A DNA stretch of 64,000 nucleotides, taken from a virus. Lineage: Duplodnaviria; Caudoviricetes. This document shows positions 29,222 to 39,160 of this stretch, piece after piece; the first letter of the stretch is position 1, and every line of letters begins with the position of its first letter. The notes beneath the pieces are model-generated. The model ran no database searches. It was given only the letters and a program-made list of their open reading frames with translations, and was not told the origin of the DNA. The translations under genes were made by a program, and so were the position numbers. The DNA is taken from positions 58,496 through 122,495 of the IMG/VR virus record IMGVR_UViG_3300033067_001743; one strand, written 5' to 3'.

Positions 29222-30883
29222 TCAAAGAATTAATGCACATTCGTAAAACAATCCTGTTGCGTTTTGTGGTACTTTACAGTGAAGAAAACTCAATGTATTA
29301 GACCCATCTATTAATGTAGATAATGCTAATTTATTTTGTATTTGATCACCTACAGAACCAACAATTGTTGGAATTGGAGTTATAGGAGTTAACTCTCTAT
29401 TTCTCACATCCAATCTAAAAACTCCAATTGGGCCTGCCCCGGTAGTAAATGGAGCATAAAAATAAATATATCTACCTTCTTTAGATATTCCATCATATAC
29501 AAATCCCATTCCTGTTATTGGAGTTATTAAATTCGCATAGTTAGGTGTAGTGGAGTAACTAGACCAGACACCAGTAGCAGCACCTGATATATCTAATACG
29601 TCCATAGGATTTCCACCTGTAGCGGCTGCTCTGGTACTATATATCATAGATGGTTTAATAAATAGTGATGGATCAACAACCCCAAAAATTTGTTCTGAAC
29701 CAATTCCAGCAGTTGATGGAGCAGATGTTCTGGCTGCCCAAGTTGAGGTATCCCATGTATTGGCCCCAACATTATAGTTGTAGACAGTTGTTGCATTTGT
29801 TAAAAATATAATTTTATCATTATCATTCTCAATAACAAACTTACAAGTTGATGAAGGTGTTACTGTCCAGTTAGAAGCCAATGTATAAACCGGACTTGGT
29901 CCTGCTGTGTGGGAAGTTATTCTTCTCCTTTGTCCTACTGCTGTTGGAGTTGTTGCATCTTCCACAATCCTAACTTGGAAGTTTCTAAATTGATTTGCTA
30001 TTAAAGTAGCATCACCATTAGAAGATTGTCCTGTTATTGTCCCAGCAGCAGTTGCAGTAGCAAGTAAACAGTTCTTTGCCCATGAACCTGAATCATATGT
30101 AGATGCTCCAACTACAAAACCTTCTCCCGGATACCTATTATAAGGTACAAATGATTCATCTAATATTACTATATCGTTAAATACAACACCTACTGTTGCT
30201 GGAAGGTTTGTAGTGGATAATGCGACAGATGTAATGCCTGTTGCTATGTCATGGTTTCTCCATTCTTTTGAAGCGCCTGTTGACAACATCCATAATTTAC
30301 CAGAAAGTAATTCATATCTACTACCTGATGTTGGTGTAAAGGTTAGTGGTTCATTCAAATATACTTGAATAGTAGACCCAGATGAATTTGCTACTATTCT
30401 TCTTTCTTCTATTTTCCCAGAAGAACCCGAATTATTATCAATAATCCTTAATATATACCCAAGACCATCCCCTCGGTCTGCAAGTTGATTTATATCTACG
30501 TTTCCAGTTGATATATTATTTAACCATAACATTGAAGTGGTTGCAGAACCTGTTGGTTGTGCTGATGAACCTGATATTGATCCAGTTGGACCACCAGAGG
30601 GCTGAAAATCCCAAGCCACAGCACTTGTTACTGTTCCTCCTAATGTTTGAGAGAATTGATTGTTTTTCCATCCGTTTGTAGTGGCATTATATGATTGGTA
30701 TATTGTTGTAGATGCTATAAACAAGTATTTCCTTGGATCAGCATAGTTTCTACTTCTCCTATCAAATGCAAACCCCCCGTTAACACTTCCTGCTGGTACA
30801 CCATAAGTGGCAGTTGGTTGTACTGCTATACCACGCCATTGTATTTTATCTAAGTATTTTTTACTATTATTTGTTATTGCCAT
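29222..30883 (-). CDS. Putative tail fibre / receptor-binding protein
   Basis: Thr/Ser/Gly-rich beta-type sequence with an internal duplication (RI..D......E/Q.RRI..). Confidence 0.55.
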   Translation of the reverse strand: MAITNNSKKYLDKIQWRGIAVQPTATYGVPAGSVNGGFAFDRRSRNYADPRKYLFIASTTIYQSYNATTNGWKNNQFSQTLGGTVTSAVAWDFQPSGGPTGSISGSSAQPTGSATTSMLWLNNISTGNVDINQLADRGDGLGYILRIIDNNSGSSGKIEERRIVANSSGSTIQVYLNEPLTFTPTSGSRYELLSGKLWMLSTGASKEWRNHDIATGITSVALSTTNLPATVGVVFNDIVILDESFVPYNRYPGEGFVVGASTYDSGSWAKNCLLATATAAGTITGQSSNGDATLIANQFRNFQVRIVEDATTPTAVGQRRRITSHTAGPSPVYTLASNWTVTPSSTCKFVIENDNDKIIFLTNATTVYNYNVGANTWDTSTWAARTSAPSTAGIGSEQIFGVVDPSLFIKPSMIYSTRAAATGGNPMDVLDISGAATGVWSSYSTTPNYANLITPITGMGFVYDGISKEGRYIYFYAPFTTGAGPIGVFRLDVRNRELTPITPIPTIVGSVGDQIQNKLALSTLIDGSNTLSFLHCKVPQNATGLFYECALIL

Positions 30884-30894
30884 ACTGTATTATT

Positions 30895-31443
30895 TTAAGT
30901 GGTTATTAATTGTAATCTGGTGTTTTGAAATGCTATATTTAATAATTGATCATTAATAGATATTGTCGTAGGTACACCAGAACTTTGGTTTAATGTGGTA
31001 ACAGTTGATACAGTGGTAACAGTTGATACAGTAGTAACAGCAGAGCAAGTTCCCAATGATGTTAAAACACCAGACGTTATTTTAAGACCTCCTACCGCAT
31101 CTACAAAATTTGGGTTAGCAACAATTTTAATTAACTCTTTAATTTCTATTGCCAAATCAGATATATTAGTGTCTTGGTTATCTGAGTTATCATAAAAAAT
31201 CTGTAATACATCTGAATTAGAATATGATGTTGTGTCAAATTCCAAAGTTAATACATTATTTGCAAAATTTGTATACCCATATCCACTAATATATGGATTG
31301 TATATTATTGTTTCTCTTGTTAAATTAACGATAATCAATACTTGCCATATCCTTAAATCATATATACCAGACAGTGTAATTGTCTTAGTTGCCGCATTGA
31401 ACAGGTATGAACTATTACCATTACCTACTATTTTTTTACTCAT
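30895..31443 (-). CDS. Virion structural protein
   Basis: Y.FNAATKTIT..LIIVNLTRETIIYN; TTVSTV repeats. Confidence 0.55.
   Translation of the reverse strand: MSKKIVGNGNSSYLFNAATKTITLSGIYDLRIWQVLIIVNLTRETIIYNPYISGYGYTNFANNVLTLEFDTTSYSNSDVLQIFYDNSDNQDTNISDLAIEIKELIKIVANPNFVDAVGGLKITSGVLTSLGTCSAVTTVSTVTTVSTVTTLNQSSGVPTTISINDQLLNIAFQNTRLQLITT
30995..31040. repeat. 18-bp tandem repeat, about 2.5 copies, in frame
   Basis: GTGGTAACAGTTGATACA repeated. Confidence 0.8.
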
Positions 31444-31446
31444 GTT

Positions 31447-33243
31447 TTATCCTAATGCTATTGCAAATGCTATTGCTTGTCCTGCTGTTATACCACCACC
31501 TACATTTGTTAACCTTGATCCATCTCCTGCAAATGCACTTGCACTTACTAAACCTGATGATGATATTGTCATTCTAACATTTTGTGGACCTCCAACTACA
31601 AAATCAATACTTGATGATGGATGTGTAGTTGGTGTTAGGTTTCCTATTATTAATTTTGATCCTGTTGTATATAAATATGCATCATTTGCTTTTCCTAAAA
31701 ATTGTGGTTGATTATATCCACTTCCATTGATTCCCATATCAATGTAATTTCCAATCTCTGTCCCAGTATCATTTGTTGCAACTATATCTGATGATGCAGT
31801 TGTTGCAGTATTTTTATTTTGAATGTTTAACTGTAAATAATTATCAATATTCCCACTTGCTGTAATAGCATTAATTGAAGTTGCACCTGATAATTTAAGA
31901 ACCTTTAATATTTTATCAAATAAAAAGTCTGATGAACCTGATATTGATCCTGCATCATTAAATTGTACTGATTGATTTGGCCCGGCTGGATTTGCTGATG
32001 CCACTATTCCTGTTAATCCAGAGCCGTCTCCTACAAACGAACTTGATATTTGTCCTACTACATTAATACTTCCAGTAACATTAATACTTCCAGTAACAAT
32101 TTGATTAGACTTAAATATATTGGAACCTGTTGTGGCGTATGAAGCAGTGTTTTGTTCAATTATACCAAGTCTTAATAAAATTGATTCAGTTACTGTATTT
32201 AAACTTCCAGTTGTTTGCTCTAAATGAAATATTCTATTTGAAAATGAACTTGATAGTGTTGTAAAAGAACCTGATATATCACTTGATATTTGACTTGATG
32301 AAGATACTACACCACGGCCTTTTCCCTCATACTTAATGTCATATGAAGAACTTATTTGATCACTTCCTGATACAATATTTGGAATTAAGTTGTTTATCTG
32401 CTGACTGGAACTAAGTAATCCAGTTGGCGTATTTGTTATTTGATTATAATTTACTTGTGCTGATGCACTAAACAATACACTTGGTCTATTTAATAAATTA
32501 TTATAATCTACTTGTTGACTGGAACTTATAAACCCATTAGAACTGCTTAAAATTCCAGAAGGTATTCCCGTAATCTGACTATATATTACTTGTGAAGAAC
32601 CTGAAAATAATGACTTACTATCATATACAGATAGTCTATTGGCCAAAGAAGATGATACGTTTGTAAATGCTCCACTTATCTCAGTTTTTATAGCATATGA
32701 AGATGTACCATTTTCTAACCTTTGTATTTTGGTATCTGTTGAACTGGTATAAGTGTTGTAACTTGATGTAAATGTATTCTGTAAAAAAGAACTTGTAGAA
32801 AATGATCCAGATATTTGTTGAAAATTTACCTGCTGAGAAGACGATATAAGAGACTTTGACTCAAATACAGTTATTCTCCCACTCAAAGCATTTGATGCGC
32901 TTAGAAATGATCCTGAGATGTCAGAGCCTATCTGTGCAGATGAAGATATTAAATTAGTACCCCGTTGCTCATATCTCAAATCATATGAACCTGTTAACTG
33001 TTCCGATCCTGATACTAAATTGGAAGGTAGGTATGCTATAACTTGTTGACTTGAACTAACTATTCCAGATGGTGGAGTGTATTCACCTCCATCACTTCCT
33101 TTTGGTCCTTGTGGTCCGGGTTCATATATTTCTACTATAGAAGGAGGGTTCTCTTCTACTGCAATTACAGTTATTTCACTATTTGACTCAAAAACCTGTA
33201 ATTTAACATCGTCTCCATCTATAATATAAACTTGATCTGGCAT
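31447..33243 (-). CDS. Ser-rich tail fibre-like protein
   Basis: Short collagen triplet run, SSSxQ repeats, SYATTGSN.F..NQ, C-terminal AIAFAIALG. Confidence 0.65.
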   Translation of the reverse strand: MPDQVYIIDGDDVKLQVFESNSEITVIAVEENPPSIVEIYEPGPQGPKGSDGGEYTPPSGIVSSSQQVIAYLPSNLVSGSEQLTGSYDLRYEQRGTNLISSSAQIGSDISGSFLSASNALSGRITVFESKSLISSSQQVNFQQISGSFSTSSFLQNTFTSSYNTYTSSTDTKIQRLENGTSSYAIKTEISGAFTNVSSSLANRLSVYDSKSLFSGSSQVIYSQITGIPSGILSSSNGFISSSQQVDYNNLLNRPSVLFSASAQVNYNQITNTPTGLLSSSQQINNLIPNIVSGSDQISSSYDIKYEGKGRGVVSSSSQISSDISGSFTTLSSSFSNRIFHLEQTTGSLNTVTESILLRLGIIEQNTASYATTGSNIFKSNQIVTGSINVTGSINVVGQISSSFVGDGSGLTGIVASANPAGPNQSVQFNDAGSISGSSDFLFDKILKVLKLSGATSINAITASGNIDNYLQLNIQNKNTATTASSDIVATNDTGTEIGNYIDMGINGSGYNQPQFLGKANDAYLYTTGSKLIIGNLTPTTHPSSSIDFVVGGPQNVRMTISSSGLVSASAFAGDGSRLTNVGGGITAGQAIAFAIALG

Positions 33244-33247
33244 TAAA

Positions 33248-33643
33248 TCATCTCGTCACTTCTTTTAAAACCTTTACTGTTCCACTTATTAATTCTTTAA
33301 CATACTGATTTACTCCTGAACCTGAATATATTTCTATATCTATAAAAGCATTATCAAAATTAAATTGGCTTGATGAATATGCACTTATAACCATTCCAAT
33401 ACTACCACTACTTCTTGGTAGAACAACAGATGCACTTGTTGGAGTCATGTAAAATCCAGTTCCATCAGGTTGAACAGAACTGGAAATATTACATAAAATT
33501 ACATTAGATGTATAGGTAGGTCTTATCTGACCACGAACCTCGTAGCCAGTAAAATCAAAAGGAACTAGTGGATTGCCAGTTTTATAGACAAATCTCCTTT
33601 CAAAGGTTTTACCCTGTTTTATTACAAACGAATACCTAGACAT
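33248..33643 (-). CDS. Fibre adaptor / beta-sandwich virion protein
   Basis: FVIKQG.TF..DFTGY..RGQIR..DIEI..G.VKVLKEVTR. Confidence 0.6.
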   Translation of the reverse strand: MSRYSFVIKQGKTFERRFVYKTGNPLVPFDFTGYEVRGQIRPTYTSNVILCNISSSVQPDGTGFYMTPTSASVVLPRSSGSIGMVISAYSSSQFNFDNAFIDIEIYSGSGVNQYVKELISGTVKVLKEVTR

Positions 33644-33665
33644 AAACTTCCCTATTTATGGGTGA

Positions 33666-33971
33666 TTAAACCCAAGCAGCCCAACTTGCTGTTACACCCG
33701 TTGATGCTGGTACAAATCCTGATCCTGTTGCATAAAATCTCAATGTTGATCCTGATGCATTTGTATTTACAACTGTAATTGAATATTGTGGAGTTGTTGT
33801 TGATGATCCATAATTTACTGAATTAGCAATTACAACACTTGGTGCTGATATTAATGAGTGTGTTATAACAATTGATCCAGAGTTATCCGTTGATCCAGAT
33901 GTTAAACCTTTAGCAAATACTGCTGTTTGATAATCAAATTGTTGGTAAGGTTGAAATTTTGCTCTTGGCAT
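33666..33971 (-). CDS. Small virion protein (fibre C-terminal-like)
   Basis: Beta-rich, ends SWAAWV; GAGG SD. Confidence 0.5.
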   Translation of the reverse strand: MPRAKFQPYQQFDYQTAVFAKGLTSGSTDNSGSIVITHSLISAPSVVIANSVNYGSSTTTPQYSITVVNTNASGSTLRFYATGSGFVPASTGVTASWAAWV

Positions 33972-33986
33972 TTTTAATCCTCGTTT

Positions 33987-34592
33987 TTATCTGTGTAATA
34001 ATGACATTATTTTAGGTGCTATTGCTTTCATTGCGGCTGTTATACCATCAATAACTTCTGTTGTTTTTATCGCTGCTTTCATGCCCTGTACTAACAACTC
34101 ACTACTAAAAAATGTTGATTTAATTGTTGTAACAATTTCTTCCAGTGTGTGTCCTAATAACCCTGCCATAACACCAGTGAATATTAGTTTAGCAATAAGT
34201 TCCTTTTTATCTGGGTCTTTTGTCATCATACCGGCTACTTTTTCAAATATCCACATAACCTTTTCATGGTATTTTTCAGCAAATTCAAGTATCTTATTTG
34301 CTATTTCTGGTTCACCTAAACCAAGACCTAAATATTTTTTAAGTAATTTGTCTATACTACTCTGCAAAAAGGACACAAATTTACCAAACATCTTAACAAT
34401 AAATGGGCCTGATAGTAGTAAACCAATAACTGTGGATACCCCTTCATTTACCAGTGTCTTATTTCTACAAATTCTTACAACATCTTCGCTTAATATATCC
34501 AACCCTTTTAAAAATTGTTTTTCGAAATGTATCTCTACTACAATTCTCCTTACTTTCCTTCTTAGGGCATTTTCTAATACTTTATTCTGCAT
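33987..34592 (-). CDS. Hypothetical helical protein
   Basis: LRRKVRRIVVE leader; amphipathic helices. Confidence 0.6.
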   Translation of the reverse strand: MQNKVLENALRRKVRRIVVEIHFEKQFLKGLDILSEDVVRICRNKTLVNEGVSTVIGLLLSGPFIVKMFGKFVSFLQSSIDKLLKKYLGLGLGEPEIANKILEFAEKYHEKVMWIFEKVAGMMTKDPDKKELIAKLIFTGVMAGLLGHTLEEIVTTIKSTFFSSELLVQGMKAAIKTTEVIDGITAAMKAIAPKIMSLLHR

Positions 34593-34597
34593 TTAAT

Positions 34598-35260
34598 TTA
34601 TCCTTTATTTAATAATTCTAATACTTCAAACACAGCCGGATGTCTGTGATTTTCTAACAATTGAGTTATATAAACAGAACTACAATCTTCTAATTTTTTT
34701 ATTTCAGATGCAGCACTACCATTATAACCCGTTTTAATATCTATTTGGTTTACATCTCCACAAAATATCATTCTACTATTTTGTCCCAACCTTCCTATGC
34801 ACATTTGCAGTTGTGATTTTGTTAAATTTTGATACTCATCTACAATACAAATCGCATCTTCAAAAGTCCTTCCTCTAAAGTGACTTAAAGCCACTATTTC
34901 CACAATACCATCTTTTTCTAATTGATCCCACTTTTCTTTCTTATTGTAGAATTTTCTAAGGTTGTGTTTTATAGGAACAAGCCAAGGGTCCAATTTATCT
35001 TCAATACTTCCCGGTAAGAATCCATTATCTTCTGTTGCCACTGTTGGCCGGGTTATCACTATCTTTGTTATATTCTTCTTAAATAACTGATCTGTTGCTG
35101 TTGCTGTTGCTAATAATGTTTTCCCAGAACCTGCTTTTCCATGTATAAATGAAAATGGATGTGATAATATTTGCTCTTTTGCTAACTTTTGTTCTTCGTT
35201 AAGTTGAATGTCGAACTTGATATTCTTTTCTCTTTCTTCTTTAACCAATTTAACCTCCAC
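34598..35260 (-). CDS. phoH: PhoH-family ATPase
   Basis: GKAGSGKT, ITRP, GFLPG, FRGRTF, DEYQN, GDVNQID, RHP. Confidence 0.92.
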   Translation of the reverse strand: MEVKLVKEEREKNIKFDIQLNEEQKLAKEQILSHPFSFIHGKAGSGKTLLATATATDQLFKKNITKIVITRPTVATEDNGFLPGSIEDKLDPWLVPIKHNLRKFYNKKEKWDQLEKDGIVEIVALSHFRGRTFEDAICIVDEYQNLTKSQLQMCIGRLGQNSRMIFCGDVNQIDIKTGYNGSAASEIKKLEDCSSVYITQLLENHRHPAVFEVLELLNKG

Positions 35261-35313
35261 ATTATGATTATTTGACTAAATTAGTCATATCATAAATATC
35301 CATACTAAAAACA

Positions 35314-35348
35314 AAAACCGCTTACAATTTTTCAACTGTAAGCGGAAA
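35314..35348 (-). terminator. Intrinsic terminator ending the accessory operon
   Basis: CCGCTTACA..TGTAAGCGG with a T-run on the minus strand. Confidence 0.65.
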
Positions 35349-35374
35349 ATAACAATCACCCTTTATTTGTATTT

Positions 35375-35482
35375 CTAATCTTTCTCATTGTAGAACCTTG
35401 CCCTTTTTGCAGATTCCCTAACTCCATTTCCCTTAAATAAACTTTCAATGAAGTCGAACAAAATAAATCCAATTCTTTTCAT
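35375..35482 (-). CDS. Possible 35-aa microprotein
   Basis: MKRIGFILFDFIESLFKGNGVRESAKRARFYNEKD; starts just after the purA-like stop. Confidence 0.3.
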   Translation of the reverse strand: MKRIGFILFDFIESLFKGNGVRESAKRARFYNEKD

Positions 35483-35484
35483 AT

Positions 35485-36609
35485 TTAATTTTCTTCTGAG
35501 TATGATGTAATTATAGTTACATCTGGATTTGATTTAATAATCTCAGATGTTAATGTTGTTGTGTCTACCAATATTGGATACTTTCTGTTATTAAGTAATA
35601 CTGGGATTTCATTTTCAAACTGATCAAGATGAGACACTATTATTGTTTTGTTAACCTTTACATTGTGATAACATGAATCAGATTCAATTGCATAATTTAA
35701 TAAATCAATAGATAATGGAGCCTTTCTAAATTCTCCCTGCCAAGGATTATTTACATTTGTCTCATTTTCATTGTTTATTAAACCTATACTAAACTCTTCT
35801 CCGAATAATGGCCCATTCCCATGTCGGGTTTGATAACATCGAGTTAAGTAATATATGTCAACATAGTCAACCACATAATTACCCAACATCTCCATTACAT
35901 TTTTACTTGTTGTTGCACTCCTCGTTACATGAGGGAAAATTCCATGTTCCCTATCCAAAAGTATCCCCTGTGCTCCTTCGAAAATAAAATGCTCAGTATC
36001 TTTTTTATTAAGCATTTCATATTCTGTTTTTAAGGTTATAACCTTTGAGCATTCCAAACAGTCTTTTATAAAATCTTCAACATGAAAATAGTGGTGCCTT
36101 AGATGAAATGCTGATTTTAGCATCAATAACTTCTGTCTCAGTATCCATTCACAACCTAAATCTTTTGCAAAGATTCTATGGGAATGTTCTAATGTTTCAT
36201 GTCGTTCTACTGTTTTACCAAATCCAGAGCCTACACTTCCATGAGCATTAATACCATCTTCATATCTGTTATGGCTAATATCAAACGGTGTTGTGATCAT
36301 AACCATTGGATCAACATATAAAACAGGGTTTGCTCCCTTCACTTTTAAGTCTTCAAATTCCTTCAATAATGCAGAAGGAAATATGGTACAATATTTTGAC
36401 CAAAAGGTAGGAGTTCCATTTAATGTTCCGCTACCAAATGACGAAAATACGTGTCTTGTTCCATTATGAACAACTGTGTGACCTGCTTGATGACCGCCAT
36501 TAAAGCGAATCACCAAGGACTTGGCTGGATTTGATTTTGATAGAAAGTTCGTTACCTTACCTTTCCCTTCATCTCCAAATCCAGCACCAAGTACAATGGA
36601 TATTTTCAT
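35485..36609 (-). CDS. purA: Adenylosuccinate synthetase-like protein (divergent PurA)
   Basis: GFGDEGKGK, GGHQAGHTV, EGAQGILLD, FPHVTRS, TRHGNGP. Confidence 0.85.
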   Translation of the reverse strand: MKISIVLGAGFGDEGKGKVTNFLSKSNPAKSLVIRFNGGHQAGHTVVHNGTRHVFSSFGSGTLNGTPTFWSKYCTIFPSALLKEFEDLKVKGANPVLYVDPMVMITTPFDISHNRYEDGINAHGSVGSGFGKTVERHETLEHSHRIFAKDLGCEWILRQKLLMLKSAFHLRHHYFHVEDFIKDCLECSKVITLKTEYEMLNKKDTEHFIFEGAQGILLDREHGIFPHVTRSATTSKNVMEMLGNYVVDYVDIYYLTRCYQTRHGNGPLFGEEFSIGLINNENETNVNNPWQGEFRKAPLSIDLLNYAIESDSCYHNVKVNKTIIVSHLDQFENEIPVLLNNRKYPILVDTTTLTSEIIKSNPDVTIITSYSEEN

Positions 36610-36827
36610 GCTGTTAAATTTATAAATTCAATTAAACCTGCTTCTGTTGATTTTTTAGATTTCCAATGGAATGGGTAGGAAACCCACATATTTGCAACGA
36701 ACCGATCACTCAAGAATAATTTTTTATCTGGTGATCGGTAAATTTCATAAGGTGGATCACCTTCTAATATACCAGTGGCTTCATACCCACTTTCAATTAG
36801 TATTCGAATAACCCTTTCCTTTTGCAT
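36606..36827 (-). CDS. Hypothetical protein
   Basis: 73 aa; ATGA overlap with the purA-like gene. Confidence 0.55.
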   Translation of the reverse strand: MQKERVIRILIESGYEATGILEGDPPYEIYRSPDKKLFLSDRFVANMWVSYPFHWKSKKSTEAGLIEFINLTA

Positions 36828-36830
36828 AAT

Positions 36831-37736
36831 TTAGAATTCAATGACTGATGCAGTACTAACTGCTGTTGATGAATTGATGTTAACCAATGCATTACTTACA
36901 GATGCAGCAATTCCTGTACCAAAGGATGACAATACACTTGCCTTATCTGCTCCTTCCATTACAGAAATAGTTGTTGCAATAGTTTCTGCTAAGTTATCAG
37001 AATCATCTAAAACAAGGAACCTTTCACCAAGTAGTCTCTTCCACTGAGTTTCAACTGCATGAGTTGGTCGGCTGTCTGCACAATGGATGTGAAATACATG
37101 GTATTTCTGCTGTGCTTCCCTCAACAGTTGTTCTGCTGTAAAATCTGCTTCTGGATTGTATCCCAATAATTCCTGAACCTTTGCCTTTGAAACAAGTTCG
37201 TGTGTATTCTCATCACCTACCGTAAATAGGTAGCCCTTTTTACCTCTCTTCTCAAAACAATCAATCGAAGTATGCCGTGCTGCAACGAGCCAAGCAAGAA
37301 GATATGACTCTTCCCCTGATCCACCTCCATTGCCTTCGAGATAAAGCCCTGTGAGCCATTTATTGAGTTCTGGTGTACCTGACTCAAACTGCCCTACTTG
37401 TAGGGGGGATTTATCAGAATAGTGATCCCCAATTCCACCAAATAAAACTGCTGGATCAGCAATTTTGTGAGCCAGTAATGTTTCAATTAATGCTCCCAAT
37501 TTATTTTTGATTAAATGCAATGGGATAGTTCCCATACTTCCAGTTTCATCAAGCCATAATTGAATGGCAAGACTATTTGGGTTTGCTACAGAATCCCTAC
37601 TTTCCCTCATTTTAAGGTCCATAGGATTCATTCCAACATCTACCGTTTTATTGGTAAAGATTGCAGCCTTTGGTTTACTTGCATATGTAGTTCTTAGACT
37701 ATCATACGTTGCACTTGAATAACGACTTCCGCCCAT
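36831..37736 (-). CDS. vWA (MIDAS) domain protein
   Basis: LWLDETGSMG, GGGSGEESY, YLFTVGDE; MGG..YS N-terminus. Confidence 0.8.
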   Translation of the reverse strand: MGGSRYSSATYDSLRTTYASKPKAAIFTNKTVDVGMNPMDLKMRESRDSVANPNSLAIQLWLDETGSMGTIPLHLIKNKLGALIETLLAHKIADPAVLFGGIGDHYSDKSPLQVGQFESGTPELNKWLTGLYLEGNGGGSGEESYLLAWLVAARHTSIDCFEKRGKKGYLFTVGDENTHELVSKAKVQELLGYNPEADFTAEQLLREAQQKYHVFHIHCADSRPTHAVETQWKRLLGERFLVLDDSDNLAETIATTISVMEGADKASVLSSFGTGIAASVSNALVNINSSTAVSTASVIEF

Positions 37737-37740
37737 ATTA

Positions 37741-38610
37741 TTATATTGTTAATTTGTGAAAAATGCGAGGACTTCTATCCAGAATTTTTTGATATGTAAA
37801 ATACCCTTCCAACAAAGTGTTGTCATATGATAGTAAAAAATCAACAAGTTCTGGGGATATATTCCCCCTGAGTGTATTAGCAAAACCTGACTTATCACCT
37901 AAAACATAGGTAGCAAGGTGTTTTGCCATTAATAAATCAATTTCTGGTATAGATCGTTTTGTTGAAAATACATCTATTGGATACCATGTTTTATATGGAT
38001 GTATTCCAATAGCCGACTTCATTGCAGAATTTACTGGAACTAAATGATAAAAACTTATTACCTGAATTCCATGTTCTTCTGGGCAAATCATTACGGAATT
38101 TGGATTTAATCCAGCATGAGTATGTCCACTCTTTTCGTTTAACAATGTTGAAAACTCAAGTAGCCTGTTTAAAAACCATCGACCATGTTTTTCTTCTAAG
38201 GTTAAACCTTGAATTAGGTATGGATCGTGTTGTAAATGTACTTTTAGACAATCAGCCTGTAATTCCATTTTTTCAGGAATAAAACGATCAAACGGTGTTG
38301 CAATTGGATCAACAGAACCTTTTATTTTATTGTAGTTATCGTAACTTAATTTCAACTTATCCATTGGACCATAAAAGGTCAGGATACCATCTTTAAATAC
38401 TATCCTTGAACAAATTTCATCAGAAAATTCAATACCATTTTCAAGTATTTCTTTATATCTTAATAATACCTGTAAAGCCTTATGTGCATTTTCATCTGCT
38501 GTTTTATCAGGATGTAAATGTTTGCTCCAATCTCTAAACTGAGTCTTCCAAATATTTAGATCGAATATATCACTTGGCTTCTTTGATTCTAATATTTTTC
38601 TAATGTTCAT
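37741..38610 (-). CDS. J-domain-like plus kinase-like (probable pseudokinase) protein
   Basis: WSKHLHPDK; HAGLNPNSVMICPEEHG in the catalytic-loop position. Confidence 0.6.
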   Translation of the reverse strand: MNIRKILESKKPSDIFDLNIWKTQFRDWSKHLHPDKTADENAHKALQVLLRYKEILENGIEFSDEICSRIVFKDGILTFYGPMDKLKLSYDNYNKIKGSVDPIATPFDRFIPEKMELQADCLKVHLQHDPYLIQGLTLEEKHGRWFLNRLLEFSTLLNEKSGHTHAGLNPNSVMICPEEHGIQVISFYHLVPVNSAMKSAIGIHPYKTWYPIDVFSTKRSIPEIDLLMAKHLATYVLGDKSGFANTLRGNISPELVDFLLSYDNTLLEGYFTYQKILDRSPRIFHKLTI

Positions 38611-39100
38611 ATAAATAAAAATTATTGTAATTAAAGTGTTCTATAAGTTGCCGGGTTTGGCTCTTTTCAGGATAACCAAACAATGTAACCATAACTGACT
38701 GTGGACAATCGTGGGAAATAACGATTTTTGGTTTATATTTTATATATGCATCAAATGCTTCTAAGCCCTCAGCATAGTTAAGTTCTTCATTTGCAAACCA
38801 GTCTACTCCTTCTCTTCTATGAACCTTGTCTATAGAGTCTGCTCCACGAACAGTGAAAATGTCAAACTTATCAAAATAATTCCAATTCCCTAATGACACA
38901 TAATGATCATCAACATATGGAAGGTAGTCATGGTTTCCCATATTTATGAAATGATTATACCCCTGAACATGTTGTTCATGCCAATCCCATTCTTTCTCAA
39001 AACCAAAATCACCAACACAAATGCTAATATTGCATTGGTCGGTGATTTCTTTATATTCTTTGATGTGACCATGCACATCTCCAATTACAGTAACATTCAT
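38600..39100 (-). CDS. Calcineurin-like metallophosphoesterase, probably C-terminally truncated
   Basis: GDVHG, GDFG, GNHD, SHDCP; final GHxH motif missing. Confidence 0.75.
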   Translation of the reverse strand: MNVTVIGDVHGHIKEYKEITDQCNISICVGDFGFEKEWDWHEQHVQGYNHFINMGNHDYLPYVDDHYVSLGNWNYFDKFDIFTVRGADSIDKVHRREGVDWFANEELNYAEGLEAFDAYIKYKPKIVISHDCPQSVMVTLFGYPEKSQTRQLIEHFNYNNFYLYEH

Positions 39101-39117
39101 ATCTTATGATTTTGCCA

Positions 39118-39149
39118 CAAAGGTATGGCTTATGGTTTTATATTCCAAA
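39118..39149 (-). promoter_or_regulatory. Bacteroidota-type early promoter
   Basis: TTTG ... TACCTTTG. Confidence 0.65.
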
Positions 39150-39160
39150 TATTTTAACCA

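Noticed and set aside
35485-36609. PurZ / Z-genome (2-aminoadenine) system
   Set aside because: It keeps the PurA-type Asp in GDEGKG (PurZ has Ser), and no DatZ/MazZ-like neighbours were seen.
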